In this document: positions 28,269-41,772 of the stretch, piece after piece | Layout: each line of letters starts with the position of its first letter | How positions within the stretch are numbered: the first letter of the stretch is position 1 | Position numbers and translations under genes: made by a program | DNA from: Leucoraja ocellata | Taxonomy: Eukaryota | Length of the DNA stretch: 64,000 bases | Reading direction: 5' to 3' | NCBI GenBank assembly: GCA_036785375.1 | Contig: JAWMAR010000002.1 | Coordinates: forward strand, 10,912,001 to 10,976,000 | The notes under the pieces: model-generated | Told to the model about the DNA's origin: nothing | The model's input: the letters and a program-made list of their open reading frames with translations, nothing else | Databases searched by the model: none

Positions 28269-28848
28269 AGGGCCTGTCCCACTAATGCGACTTTTCCGCG
28301 ACTGTCTTCGACCTTCAAGCGCGAGGGGACTCGCCTGAAAAACCTCGAGCTGGGTCGACCATCGGCGATGAAACCGCGAGCCGGATCGACCGTCTGCGCA
28401 CTCACACAAACACAGCGCAAAGGCGGGGGCCAGGGAAAGTGGGGGAGCACTGTCTGAAATTCATACCTGCGATGAACAGGATGGTAAAAGACAGCTGGCA
28501 CAGTAATACAGTAAGTCCTCTAGAGAGCACGGAGAGGGGGGGGGGGGGGGGGGGTGGGGGGGAGAAGGGGGGGGGGGGGGTGCAATATGACCCACCCCGA
28601 CTAAACCTACGATTAAAAAAATATACATTTTTTTCCACGCCAACCTTTTTTTACTTGCGGGCATTTTTCAGCATGTTGAAAAAAACGCCGCGACCTAGCT
28701 GAGGCCTTGAGTACGCAGGGACTACTCTCGAGCATGAAGGAGAGTTACAAAGACCTCCTTGGACCTCGTGTCGACCATGCTGCAGTTATGAGTCGAGGGC
28801 AAACTCTTCTAAACTCGCAAATTAGGTCGCCGCAGTGGGACAGGCCCT
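28269..28848. mobile_element. Non-autonomous PIF/Harbinger-type MITE
   Basis: TIR AGGGCCTGTCCCACT, TAA on both sides; internal G-runs at 28535-28580. Confidence 0.82.
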
Positions 28849-29187
28849 TAACTGCTGCATCATGGCTAACTACTTCCAGAGCTAAATGCCTTGTGAGTCT
28901 CTGTTTGTGAGACCATTGGAAATAAAAACAAATAATGCTGAAAATATTCAGTGGGTCAGACAGCATCTTTTGAAGGAGAGAGCGAGTTGTTGTTTCAGGA
29001 TGAAGACCCTTTATCAAAACTACAAAAGTGTGAAAATAAGTTAGTGTTAAGTTGCAGAGGGGTGGGAGGTTAATGTTTCCCAGTACATTATTGCACCTTG
29101 CCCCCAGCAATCTTCCATTGAAGTGGAGTTAATCTTCAAGGCAAGCAGGAATCTCTTTACCCTCTGTCACATCCATTTGAGAACCAA

Positions 29188-29320
29188 TGTGCAGGAAGGA
29201 ACTGCAGATGCTGGTTTAAACTGAAGATAGACACACAATGCTGGAGTAACTCAGGGAGACTGGCATCATCTCTGGATAGAAGGATCGGGTGACGATTCAG
29301 ATCGAGACCCTTCTTCAGTC
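29188..29320 (-). mobile_element. Penelope-type terminal fragment
   Basis: aggaactgcagatgctgg...gagacccttcttcag motif. Confidence 0.65.
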
Positions 29321-29429
29321 GAACCGAAACTCTTCCCCATTGTCAAGACTCTAATTATACTAAGCTGAATTCAACGTACCAGAGTCTTACAATAGGAACT
29401 CTGCTCTGATTTTCAATATGACAACCGAG

Positions 29430-29725
29430 TACCTGAAGGACTAAGGAAATACTTGAAGGAAATGCTCTGAAAGCCTTCATGGAATTAAATCTAACCATCA
29501 CACAAACTTACCCTGTTCTGTGGTTGCTCATGGTGGAGAAGGAGCACATAGAACTTTGGAGTCCGCTCAGTACAAGCATGCCGAGACCCAGCAAAAGCAA
29601 CAAGAGCATCAATCCCCAACTTGCCCAACTGCCCATCACATTAAACACCTTCTCCCATGACTGTGGCAGTGCCTATAAATCCCATGTTGGCCTCATCGAC
29701 CATCTCAGAATCTACAAAGCTTGAG
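29430..29725 (+). mobile_element. RTE-clade LINE C-terminal remnant
   Basis: DCGSAYKSHVGLIDHLRIY resembles the RTE terminal C..C..SRIGL.SH.R.H motif. Confidence 0.5.
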
Positions 29726-30226
29726 TGAAAGCCGTCAAGATGCGGCTGAAGAAGGAGAATAGTTGTGCAGAGTATTATTCTACAGAGGTCACTCCCAGTA
29801 ATGAGAAATAAAATCCAATCTGCAGCCAATTCATCGTTTCTAATGAAAGGAAGGACTCTAGTCACCACCTTGCTGGGCGATGTGTCTTTTCTTTTTCTAA
29901 AGGTGTTACTCTTTTTGTTTTCTTTGAGTGGAGTGTAAGCCAGTATTGAAATAATCCATCAAAAGGTTATTGATTTAATTTGGTGCTGAAAAGAATTTGA
30001 TTAGCAGTTTTATCATTTGGCTGAAAACTGAGTAAAGATTTATCATTTCCAGAAGTTTAAGATAACTGCACTGACAGGTTGCTTATCTTTTATTTAAAAA
30101 AAAATATATTCTCTGCTTCCAGAAAGATAGCTCATAGATACTTGTTGCGAATATGCAAGGACAGACAAAACGAGATACAATAATTGCTCAAAATATCCAG
30201 TTTGTGCACATTGGCTGCATGCTGTA

Positions 30227-31834
30227 CAGTGCCCTCCATAATGTTTGGGACAAAGACCCATCATTTATTTATTTGCCTCTGTACTCCACAATTTGAGATT
30301 TGTAATAGGGAAAATCACATGTGGCTAAAGTGCACATTTTCAGATTTTAATAAAGGCCATTTTTATACATTTTGGTTTCACCGTGTAGAAATTACAGCAG
30401 TGTTTATACATAGTGCCCCCATTTCAGGGCACCATAATGTTTGGAACACAGCAATGTCATGTAAATGAAAGTGGTCATGTTTAGTATGTTGCTGCATATC
30501 CTTTGCATGCAATGAGACTGCTTGAAGTCTGCGATTCATGGACATCACCAGTTGCTGGGTATCTTCTCTGGTGATGCTCTGCCAGGCCTGTATCTTTAGC
30601 TTATGCTTATTTTGGGGGCTAGTCCCCTTCAATTTTCTCTTCAGCATATAAAAGGCATGCTCAATTGGGTTCAAATCCGGTGATTGATTTGGCCACTCAA
30701 GAATTTATCATTTTTTAGCTTTGTTGCTTTAGCAGTATGTTTGGGATCATTGTCTTGCTGTAGAATTAACCACCGGCCAATGTGTTTTGAGGCATTTGTT
30801 TGAACTTGAGCAGATAGGATGTGTCTATACACTTCAGAATTCATTATGCTACTACCATCAGCAGTTGTATCATCAATGAAGAAAAGTGAGCTAGTACCTT
30901 TAGGAGCCTACATGCCCAGGCCATAACACCACCGTGTTTCACAGAGGAGGCAGTATGCTTTGGATCTTGGGCAGTTCCTTCTCTCCTCCATACTGTGCTC
31001 TTGCCACCACTCTGATGTTTCATCTGTCCACAAGACCTTTTTCCAGAACTGTGGTTGCTCCTTTAAGTACTTCTTAGCAAACTGTAACCTGACCATCCTA
31101 TTTTTGTGGCTAGCCAGTGGTTTTCAACTTGCAGTGTAGCCTCTGTATTGCTGTTCATGAAGTCTTCTGCAGACAGTGGTCATTGACAAATCCACACCTG
31201 ACTCCTGAAGAGTGTTTCTGATCTGTCGGACAGGTGTTTGGGGATTTTTCTTTATTATAGAGAAAATTCTTCTGTCATCAGCTGTGGAGGTCTTCCGTGG
31301 CCTGCCAGTCCTTTTGCGATTAGTAAGATCACCAGTGCTCTCTTTCTTCTTAATGATGTTCCAAACAGTTGATTTTGGTAAGCCTGAGGTTTGGCTGATG
31401 TCTCTAACAGTTTTATTCTTGTTTCTCAGTCTCATAATGGCTTCTTTGACTTTCATTGGCACAACGTTGGTCCTCGTTGATAAACAGCAATAAAGTTTCC
31501 AAAGATGATGGAAAGATTGGAGGAAAGACTAGGTCCTGAGAGCTCTCTTTATACCTGCATTAAAGGGGCACTTAAACACACCTGAGCAATTACAAACACC
31601 TGTGAAACCGTGTGTCCCAAACATTATGGTGCCCTGAAACAGGGGGACTATGTATGTACACAGCTGTATTTTTTACACGATGAAACCAAAATGTATATAA
31701 ATACCATTTAATAAAATCTGACAATGTGTACTTTAACCACATGTAATTTTTTCTATTACATATCTCAAATTGTGGAGTACAGAGGCAAATAAATAAATGA
31801 TGGGTCTTTATCCCAAACATTATGGAGGACACTG
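30227..31834 (-). mobile_element. Full-length decayed Tc1 transposon of IR/DR (Sleeping Beauty-like) architecture
   Basis: TA|CAGTG...CACTG|TA; about 220-bp TIRs with inner and outer ccataatgtttgg repeats; 1608 bp. Confidence 0.95.
30378..31462 (-). pseudogene. Tc1 transposase pseudogene
   Basis: Three ORF pieces: paired-like HTH with GRPRK, WKKVLWTDET, NPIEH; broken by frameshifts, stops and a deletion. Confidence 0.92.
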
Positions 31835-32934
31835 TATATTTGAATAAATATAGAAAACCCAGTCTATATTTTTTGAAAAAAAGCATTAAAAATGAGTAAA
31901 ATAAATCATTCAGAATGGGGCAAGACATGAAACTAAACTGAGCAGAAATGAAAAATGCATGCAGATTTTTATACTTGAATGTCTTTTTCAACATGAACTT
32001 TTACCAACATATTTGATCGCTCACATTTTAGTTGGGTGAAATCTGTTTTAATGTTAGCATCAATATTCATATAATTGGGATATCCATGCTTTATTGATTC
32101 ATTGGCACAATTTGTATATTTTTTAAGCTTCAAACCCAACCTGTATATCTTATACAGAGAGCTGCTTGTTGGATTTGCAGCTGGAGTTTACATACTGACC
32201 CATGGGAAGCAGGCCAGTGCTGTTGAAGAGCTTTCTCTGCAGACAGCTGCACAGATTATCCATGAGATTAGGGAAAGAGTGGGAGGAGGCGTTTAGAGAG
32301 TGCAAATGTGAAATCAATCCCTGTGAAAGAGAAGATAGAGAGGGAGGGTAAATTTCAAAGCTCTTTAACAAAGGAACATCCACAATCATCAGAGGGCCAA
32401 GACCTGTGATTGGGGAAATAATCTGTAGTGGTGGGATTAATTGTTGAAGAAGTACATAGTACAGTTTCCCTTTATGTAGGATTTTACCGGGAAAATCATC
32501 AGACACTGCAAAATATGGCCATTATCGTATACTATTGTTGTCCAAAAAATGGCATAAATGGATTTTATTTTATTTTATTTTTAGGCATGAGATTATTCTT
32601 TCAGTTTTGCTTTTTTAGGTAGAATTGTGTTTATAACTATGTGAAAGATGAAGTGTCAATAGATGGGATGATTTTTTTGGTAACTATTGAAAATGATCAA
32701 TAAACAATGAAATGAGGCTGCCTCTGAAACTATTGCAATAGTTCATGAAAATATATGTATAATTAAATTAATCTTAGGAAGACTTAAACACTCCTCGAGG
32801 CATAGTGTTCCGTTCTTCTATAAGCACTCTCACTTTTAGGTAACTCGTCTACAAATTGGCCTTTGAATACATTTTACAAAAATTTATAGCATGGATCCCC
32901 AAATCCCCTTTGCTAATACAATCCCGCTTATTTA

Positions 32935-33270
32935 GAGTCATAGAGTCTTACAACGTGGAAATGGGCCCTTTCGCCGAATTTGTCCACACCGGCCAACATG
33001 TCCCATCTACACTAGTTCCACCGGCCTGCATTTGGCCCATATCCCTCTAAAGCTGTCCAATCCATTTACGTGTCTAAACGATTCTTAAACATTGTGATAG
33101 TACCTGCATCAATCACTTCCTCCAGCAGCTCGATCCATACACCTACCACCCTTTGTTTGAAAAAGATACCCCTCAGATTCCTATTAAATCTTTCCACTCT
33201 CACCTTTAACCTATGGCTGGTTCCCGATTCCCCAACAGGGCATCTACCTGATATTGACCGCTCATGATTT
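32935..33270 (-). mobile_element. CR1-type LINE 3' fragment
   Basis: ORF 33066-33299 (FFKQRVVGVWIELLEEV). Confidence 0.75.
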
Positions 33271-33379
33271 TGTACTCTATATTTGTAATATAGAGGCAAT
33301 AGTTATTAAAATGTTCAACATCAAATCCAGCATTTGAATTTGAAAAAGCATACCTATCTCATCTGAGTTCGAAATGGGC

Positions 33380-33880
33380 AATTCAGCCTATCATGTTCAC
33401 GCTCACCTTTTTACTCATTAACACTAATTGATTTCTCTGCATTTGCACTATATCATTTTACACCTTGCCTTTCTTAAGTATCTATTTAAATGCCTCAAGT
33501 GTAGTAATTTTATCTGATTCCACCACCACCTATGGCATCACATTCCAGATATCAACCACTTTTTGTGTAAAATAATTTGCCCCTCAGATCCCCTTTAAAA
33601 CTCCTTCCCCTCACCTCAAATCAATGCCCTCTATTTTGGATATCCCTCCCATATGACGATCTGTCTCTTAAAATCTTATACTTTTATCAGGTCACCCTTC
33701 AGACTTCTATGCTCCAGGGAAAACAAGCCTAACCTATTCATATCTCCCCCTAACTCAAGTCCTCCAATCCTGCTGAATTTGCCCTAACATCCCCTCTCCA
33801 CCACAATCCCCCTGTTTGGCGACCAGAAATGCACGCAGTACTCCTCAAGTGTGGCATAACCAATGTTTTGTAACATTGCT
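33380..33880 (-). mobile_element. Old CR1-type LINE 3' fragment
   Basis: Degenerate similarity to the other CR1 ends (cattccagatatcaaccact, gcacgcagtactcc). Confidence 0.55.
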
Positions 33881-34833
33881 GTCCCATGTGTTGCATTTTC
33901 AGGGGAACTGTGGACTGGGACCCCTAGGCCTCTCTTTGACTTCCCCAAAATGCACCTGGTTTTGGAAAACGTGTGTCTGTGAACCCCTTATTCCTAATCT
34001 TAAATGCTTGTGCGAGTCTTAACTTAAACTACCACCCTGGGAGAGAACAGGTAAAGCGACAAAGACTGAATTGAATCTGGGGCCTGCTTGTCTTTGTGTA
34101 TCTGTGGTATAACAAGGCTATTCATGTTTAAATTTAGAGGGTAAATATTAGCAAACTGTTCACCTATGGAAGTATCATAAACCTACTCTGTTTCCCCTGC
34201 AAATTTCTGTCTACATCATTGTAATTGATATGCAAATATAGATAATTTTCCTCACCAAACCAGGCATTGCTTTGTGAGACTCAGTTTGGGAATTAACCTT
34301 CTTCTTGCAAGCAAAACAAAATGAAAGTATTGGCAGTAGAAGATACTGAGGTTAAAAAAAATACATGTCTAGATTGCTGTATTATTCTTAGAAATAAAAC
34401 ATAAACATGTTCAAGAGAATTGTTGTCAAAGCTACTAATTTATTTTAGTTGTGTAAAATATTTCCAATTGTTTTGTACACTATGGGAAGAAATTAAGAAA
34501 TAACTTAAATGTTACATTGTGTTCTTTTAAATGTATTAAAATCTCTTCAGGTAACTGACATGTAGATATTTGCAAGATGCCATTATTCTTGTTACAGGTT
34601 AAATGATAATATGTTTGTTTACTTTTACATAATTTATTTAAGATAAAGGGCTTTTGGTTTTTCATTGTGCCAACTCAATTTATACAGGTATATCCTGAGT
34701 TGTGATCCAAGCCTTCGATATAAATTTATGAACCACTTGTGTTAAATCCTTATCTATCAATAGCTTTAAAGGCTCACTTGGCACGATGTGTCGTATTTAA
34801 TTCTGTTTTCTGTCTCTCAGTTGAACTTCTCAG

Positions 34834-34842
34834 AATCCTTTG
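34834..34842 (+). CDS. PTPRF: Putative 9-nt microexon meA3 (ESF)
   Basis: ttctcAG-AATCCTTTG-GTAAGT; frame-preserving, phase 1; positional and sequence analogue of PTPRD ESI / PTPRS ETF; lies 570 nt upstream of the GGTPIR microexon. Confidence 0.75.
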
Positions 34843-35412
34843 GTAAGTGCTTGGTGTTCAGAATGCAGTTTGCATAAAAGCAGTGGTGCATGGCATTCTT
34901 CTACTAACTGAGCCATAAACATTTCCCTACCATGTCTCATAACAAGCTCCTTGTAATAACACAAAATATCATCTAATGAACCCTGACCAAATTATACATT
35001 CTTCTTGCTGTCCAGGAAAAGGTTTAAAATCTGATGCAATGGTTGAAAATGCTTTAACAAAAAGGGTTGAAAGAACATGAAGCTTTCCCCCTGATATTCC
35101 ACCCACAGCACAATGCTGTTCATACGAGTTAACCAGCAGAAGACTGATCGTTACTCCAGAACTTGGACACGTCCAAGCACTTACATGGATGCTGCACTGC
35201 TGAGAACAGCTTTACTAACCTTCCTACGAAATTGCTCTGACTTGTTATTTTGCATCAACCTTTTCTGTCGCTTAGAAAGAAATATATATATATATATTAT
35301 ATATAATAAAAATCTAATTCTTTCCTGTTTCTTTTGGTTTTCTTTGTTTTTTTTCTCTCCTCTATACTAATACTTCTCTTTAATCTTATTTGCATTCAAA
35401 TTACCTCACCAG

Positions 35413-35430
35413 GTGGTACACCAATCCGAG
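35413..35430 (+). CDS. PTPRF: 18-nt microexon meA6 (GGTPIR)
   Basis: ctcaccAG-GTGGTACACCAATCCGAG-GTAAGA; preceded by about 130 nt of AG-free, partly pyrimidine-rich sequence; peptide matches the known LAR-RPTP meA insert. Confidence 0.93.
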
Positions 35431-37859
35431 GTAAGAATGCTGAACGTGCTCAAAATCATCGTCCACGCTCCATTTCTCCTCTTCTTCCAATGTTTTCATT
35501 TCCGTGCATTCTCTTGGCCCCAACACTTTGCTTTCTGCCCATCCTTCCCCTTCTCTCATTTTTAAACCCGTGCCCCATCTGTTCAAACTCCAGCGTACAG
35601 TGGCTTTTGTTTTCTATTGCTTTACTTTTTTTTTACACAAAATGGACGCAAATTATCATTTGTCAGAACCACTTAATCACCCAAATAAAATCTGATTAAC
35701 ATGTTTTTAATTTGGAGATGTGCCTGAAACTTGTGTGTGGGAATTTAATGTCTCCAGGAGGACTGGCCATTATGAAAGAAAAACTAATATTCACAGAACT
35801 GCTGCAACATTTTATATTTTGGACTAGTTTAAAACATCTCTCCATGGCATTAGCATTCTAAGTGGCCAACATAATTATGTTATACTTGATGTGTAATCAA
35901 TAATCATTTATGTGACCAATACACTGTTCATTTTTTTAAATTTTATTTTAGCCATATATTCTTTCAAGATTTGGCAAAAGTGAATTCACCTGTTAAATTC
36001 AAAGGTTCAAATTGGTGCATTTGCCAGTGTCAATATGCAAATAAATCTGAACTAAATCAATTTGCAGTATGAGATAAGAGCCTATTTGTTCGCTCAGATG
36101 AGATTTTAAAGAAAACCAATGACATAATCTGCTGCTTTGATCACTGTGATGGTGGAACATTTTATTTTTCAGCTTCAGGATTTGTACCATTATATCTGTT
36201 CACACATCCTCGGTTTTAAAAATAAACACAAGGGCCATGGTCAGTTTTTAAAAATGCAGCTACAATTAAGTTACCATCACTAAATTATGAAATTAAGAAA
36301 TTGGTGGTTTAACTGTTCATCATGCACTATAAAATTTGTATCAGGAAAAGGATTATATTTTATTCACCAGTCCACTCACAATATGAAGTGTAAATGAGGT
36401 GACTAGAAAGTATGATTTTTTCCTTAAACTATATGTGGATTGTTTTAAACTGACACTTTCCCCTTCAGGCTCCACAAATAATGTGGTTTGTGTAATAAGT
36501 ATTCCACAATTCCAGTGGATTAAATAAAATCATAAATTGATAGGTTTATGGATTTAATCTTCCTGCCAGGATGCCTACCCACTTAGCTGTGGCTACAGTG
36601 GAGAGCCTGAAGCAGATGTTTATTTTCAGTCTTCCTTCCCCTGAGCTTTAAATTGATATTGCAATTCCAAAATTCAGGCTTTAATATTCTATTCTCCCTG
36701 TACTGATCACAAACCACCTAACTATTTTGAAATCTTCAGCCTATGGGAAAACTCAAAGCTTCAGACTAATCTTCCTCTCCTTGACCGAAATGCTAGGTTA
36801 ATTGGCTACCGTAAATTACTGGTTAGAGTGGGTTACAGGCAAAAATGAATCAGATGGGAGAGAGAATAAGTTGCAGGGGTACAGGGGAAATAGGCAGAGG
36901 GGTATGGAACTAATGGGATTGCTCTCCTGAGTCTGTAGCGCAGACTCTGTTGCTGAATGGGTTCCTTCTGTGATGTTATAAGTTTAAAATAAAATAATCC
37001 ATTTATTTTTTTGAAATTCTGATGCCATAACTACATATCCCCTCACAGTGGGACACGATTTAATACTGTTTTAATTAACTTGCCTTTGGTGATCCATCAA
37101 TGTCTTTTGTTTGCCATTGGATCTGTTTTCATAAGATGCATGTGAAATAAATATTGCAAACTCCTTTACAGAATTAACATCTAAACTATTGAAGGGGATA
37201 TCAGGAAGTTGACGAGTTTTTTTTTCTAAACTGGAGAGATGAGTGTTTAGAAAAAGTTGTTTTGTGAAGTTGTATGAAGATTTAATTAAGTCATGGATAC
37301 TGAATAAAGTACATAAGGTAAAAAAAAATCTGTTCAACATAAATTTGAAACATTCATCAGAGGAATAATTGGGCAAGTTGGGAGTTTTTATTTTCTAAGT
37401 GGATAGTAGGATTCTCTTTTACAAGGGTTCGATTGGATCTGCTATACCCTGCAGAAAGCAGAGAAGTAAGCACAGTGGCGAATAAATAGCTTTTAATTTG
37501 CAAGTGAATCACTGATTGAAAAATGAAAATTTTGCAAGGACAGGTAGATAATATTAAGTTGATAGCCTATTCAAAGTGCTAACACTGTGGGATAAATGAC
37601 TTCCATTTTTGCTCTTAGGTTTTTAAAATACTTTTTATATCCTCTCACTTAAACTGTTCACAGTACGCCCAGTTTTAAACCAGGCTTTTCCATTAATACA
37701 TTCAATTTAGTTTTTTTTAAAGAAAACTGTGCTTCCAGCACATTCTTTAATTAAAAATGTGAACTATTGCCGAGATTGTAAATCATTAGTTTTAACCACA
37801 TTCATTACAGTTCAACCTGACTGGTTTGCAGTATCTGTTGTGCAAACATGGCTTCATAA

Positions 37860-38043
37860 NNNNNNNNNNNNNNNNNNNNNNNNNNNNNNNNNNNNNNNNN
37901 NNNNNNNNNNNNNNNNNNNNNNNNNNNNNNNNNNNNNNNNNNNNNNNNNNNNNNNNNNNNNNNNNNNNNNNNNNNNNNNNNNNNNNNNNNNNNNNNNNNN
38001 NNNNNNNNNNNNNNNNNNNNNNNNNNNNNNNNNNNNNNNNNNN
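37860..38043. other. Assembly gap (184 N)
   Basis: Run of N. Confidence 1.
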
Positions 38044-41000
38044 AATCAGTCTAGTTTCGCAGTGTACCAAATTGTAATGTGAATTTCATATTTTCAGCAA
38101 CTGAAACTGTATATGTAATCTCCGAGGAAGATGTAATTCATACCTGTACTACAGAATTGGGGTCAAGCAACAGTGTTCTATCTTCTCCTGGTGACATTAA
38201 AATATCTAGGCATTGGAGCTATTCAATCACCATTTTCATACCATTAATAATATCAAGCATTGCCAATTAAATCACCCCATTTCATTGAAACATTAAAATA
38301 TTTCTCATGAATTTTAATAAATTGATATGTGCATTACATGAATTAAAAGAGTAGGTCTGTTTAAATTAAGACAAAATAACTTATAAAGGAAATGTATTGA
38401 TGGAATTGTCATAATAATAACCGTATATATTAAGTGTGCTGTTAAATATGTTTTTTAAAAACCGAATACAGTTACAATGCGCTCAGCAATAAAAGCCAAA
38501 TTAAGGATGACAGATAATCTTCAGTGAATCAGCAGGTTATTTAACAATGCTTTTAAAATTGCGAATATTGTTTTGAAAGTTGCAGTTTCTTCATGCATTA
38601 AATCAATGCAGGGTTAATTTGTGAAGAGGTGGATTAAATCTCTGATAATGCAGTATCACCATTAGCCATCTGGTTATAAAAATATTTCATTTGTTTAAAC
38701 AAAATTCACAGACCTGGGAAATAACATACTGAGTTATGTGCAATAGTGAGGTTTCAGTTAACCTTACAAATACTCACCAATTTTCATGTTGAGCAGGGAT
38801 GTGGGCAGAGATATCAGTTGTGAATGTTTCTATTAAGGGCCAATGCTTTTCTGCTTATTCGTAGTCGCAGATAATCAGCGAAAATGTCCTGTTTATGAGG
38901 AATAGAAGGGGTGAAATGTCCAATTTATTTTAGTGGTGATGCAAATCCTAGCCATATTTGTTTTCACCTTATTAACATCCACATGTGCACTTAACCATTA
39001 AAAAGGTCAAAAGACCTAAACAAGGAAATAATGAGCGTCAACATTTTATTTGTCGTCCAGTGCAAATTAAGTTAAATTTTAGTGAGGAGAGATTTGGATA
39101 TATTAGTTCAATTCCCATCAGTTTCTTTCATTTTTTAGTATTTGATTTTTTAACCATCCAGAATGATATAATGAACACCCCCCCCCCCCCTTCACTGTTG
39201 GCTACGAGTTCATATGTCAGATAAGTTAAGACCCAGTTCACGATTCTTACACTCATTTCACAAAAATGCTTCATATTGATGACATTTTGGCAATCTCTAA
39301 TTACAAAATGGCTCATTAGGAAAATACAAAAGTCTCATTAAGGCTGTTAATGATGCTTTATACTACAACCATTTCAAAAATTCCAGTTCCTGCAACTGGT
39401 TGCAGATGGCAAATATTCTTGATAGGCCTTGATGACCATGAAACGGTTCATTGAGCTTAATTTAATCTAATCTCACGAATGCCATTTAATGCCCAAACGC
39501 CATTTTCTCTGTGCATTTGAGGACGCATGGCGTAGAATATTTTTATTGCTTTAAACAATATAATCATGACAGAGGTATTTGGGGATTATAGAAATTTTAC
39601 AAAAGGTCTCATCTGGGAGAGTCGGCATTCAGGGAGAGAATCCAAAGGAGTCCAAAATAATGTTGATAAATTATTAATCTTTTTGTTAATGCATTGTTTG
39701 GGTCCCAAATTTGGTCTTTGCTACTTTTTTTCCAGAATGGTTTGGATTCAGCAACTTGTTCCAAACTATTTTTAGTTGTTCCAGTATTTAACTACGTATA
39801 TTTTAAAGTCCTAAATTGGAATTTTTAAAATGAACTTGCATTCAATATGTTTGGATATATTTTAACATTATTACCTAGATATGAATTGGCCTATTTCTAA
39901 CCTGCTAAATTTCGGACTGAAATATCCTGCATTTTGTTTTAAGATGGATTTTTCATTGGCATTCTTTTGGTCCACATCAATGCCAGATTAGACCTTTAAA
40001 ATCTTGTATTTTACTTCTCTGATGAAAAAATACGCTATTTTACAAAGTCACATATTTATTTGCTTGTCTCATTCTAATTACTAGAATTGTGAAGTAAGAT
40101 TCTCCAAAATAAGACCTGCAAAGTAAAAATAGCATAATTATTGGGTTCACAAAGATTTTCTATTATTTTCATGTTAATTTGTCACATATGTGCAATATTT
40201 GGGGAGTATTTTATGTCACAAAACTGCATTTCATTGCATTTTAATGTCTAAATCAGACATTTGTTTTATAAAATATACAAAGCATTCTGCATTACTCTTC
40301 ACACATGATAAATTCCTGGTTTATGGACAAAACTTTTCACATTATACCATGTGTATACTATTGTTATTTATTCATGTGCTCCACATAGAATCCAAAGTAT
40401 TTGTGTCACTATTTATCACTGGTCTATAGTTTAAATCATAAGGACCTATATTTATTCAGTAGCATACCACAAGAGAACCGTGTTCTTTCAGTTTGTGCAA
40501 AATTCTCTAAGTTTTGATTTGCTAGGTTTATGATTACTTCAAATTTCAAAAAAGGAGGGAAGCAAATAACAGAACTTTACAGAAAAATAAATATTTGTTG
40601 CTATTGCTTTCCTGATACATTCTTCTCTTCTCCCCCGCCTGGAGCAAAGTGCATAATTAAGTAAAAATCTAAAAAGAAATTGGTTAGCGATATGACAGAG
40701 ACTGTGATCAGACTTAATTTTCAGCATTTAAAATACAGCCTCAAAAATGATTCTGCAGCTGGGGGTGAATAATGATCATTTCAAAACATAATCAGGTAAG
40801 ATAGCCTTCTGATTTGTGGCATATATTTATAAACATTAATCATTTTATACAGCCAGAAACGATTAACCATGATAAGTTACTCTAAATCCCATTTTTAACA
40901 TTGTTTCATCCAAAACATTTTGTAATAAATAATGTGTTTAAGGCATTTTAAAATAAGAAATATCAATTACAAGGGGGGGGGGGGGGGGGGGGAGGAGAAG

Positions 41001-41419
41001 AGGGGAATCCCTCACAACAGATCTTCCCACATGAAATAGCTCTTCACGTGCCATCAAAGTTCCGCTTCACTGTTATTTATAAAATATTTTAAATTGTATA
41101 TTGGGTGTTGTAATTTCCTATATAATGTTGTCTGTAAAAAATAGAATTAAATTAAATTAAATTATGACTCCTTTTGTAAGTGGTAGCATAGTTTGGTCGC
41201 AAGATTATAACATAGGTCTGCCACAGATCAACAGCATCAGAAATGTTTATTGCTGACTAAGTGGACTAAGTTTCCTAGGGATTGATCTAACCAAATTGCT
41301 AACACTGCAGTCAATATTTCATTTATTGTACTGTTGGGCCACATTTTGTAAACATTTAGATGAAATTGGGAATCCCAAAACAAGTCTCCATTTTTTAAAG
41401 CAACGTACTTATGCATGAT

Positions 41420-41772
41420 GGACACAAAAAGCTGGAGTAACTCACCGGTTCAGACAGCATCCCTGGTGAAAAGGAATAGGTGACGTTTCAGGTCGAGGCT
41501 CTTCTTCAGACTGAGAAAGGGAAACGAGAGATCTGGACGGTGATGTAGAGAGATATAGAACAAATGAATGAAAGATATGAAAAAAGTAACGATGATAATG
41601 GAAAGGGCCATTGTTAGTGTTTGTTAGGTGAGAACGAGTACAGACAATGAGACTCAACAAGACAACTTTGAAGCTGGTACGACGGGTGGGGGAGGGATGG
41701 AGAGAGAGGGAATGCAGGGATTACTTAGAGAAATCAATATTCATACCACTGGGTTGCAAGCTGCCCAAGCAA
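41420..41772 (-). mobile_element. Penelope-like element 3' end (GIY-YIG C-terminus, UTR, hammerhead-like core)
   Basis: Reverse complement encodes LGSLQPSGMNIDFSK*, followed by CTGAAGAAGAGCCTCGACCTGAAACGTC. Confidence 0.75.

Noticed and set aside
28535-28580. G-runs (also 40973-40992) as G-quadruplexes or poly-Pro/Gly ORFs
   Set aside because: Homopolymers of unreliable length; the ORFs are low-complexity artefacts.
37729-38082. ORFs containing X runs
   Set aside because: Artefacts of translation through the N gap.
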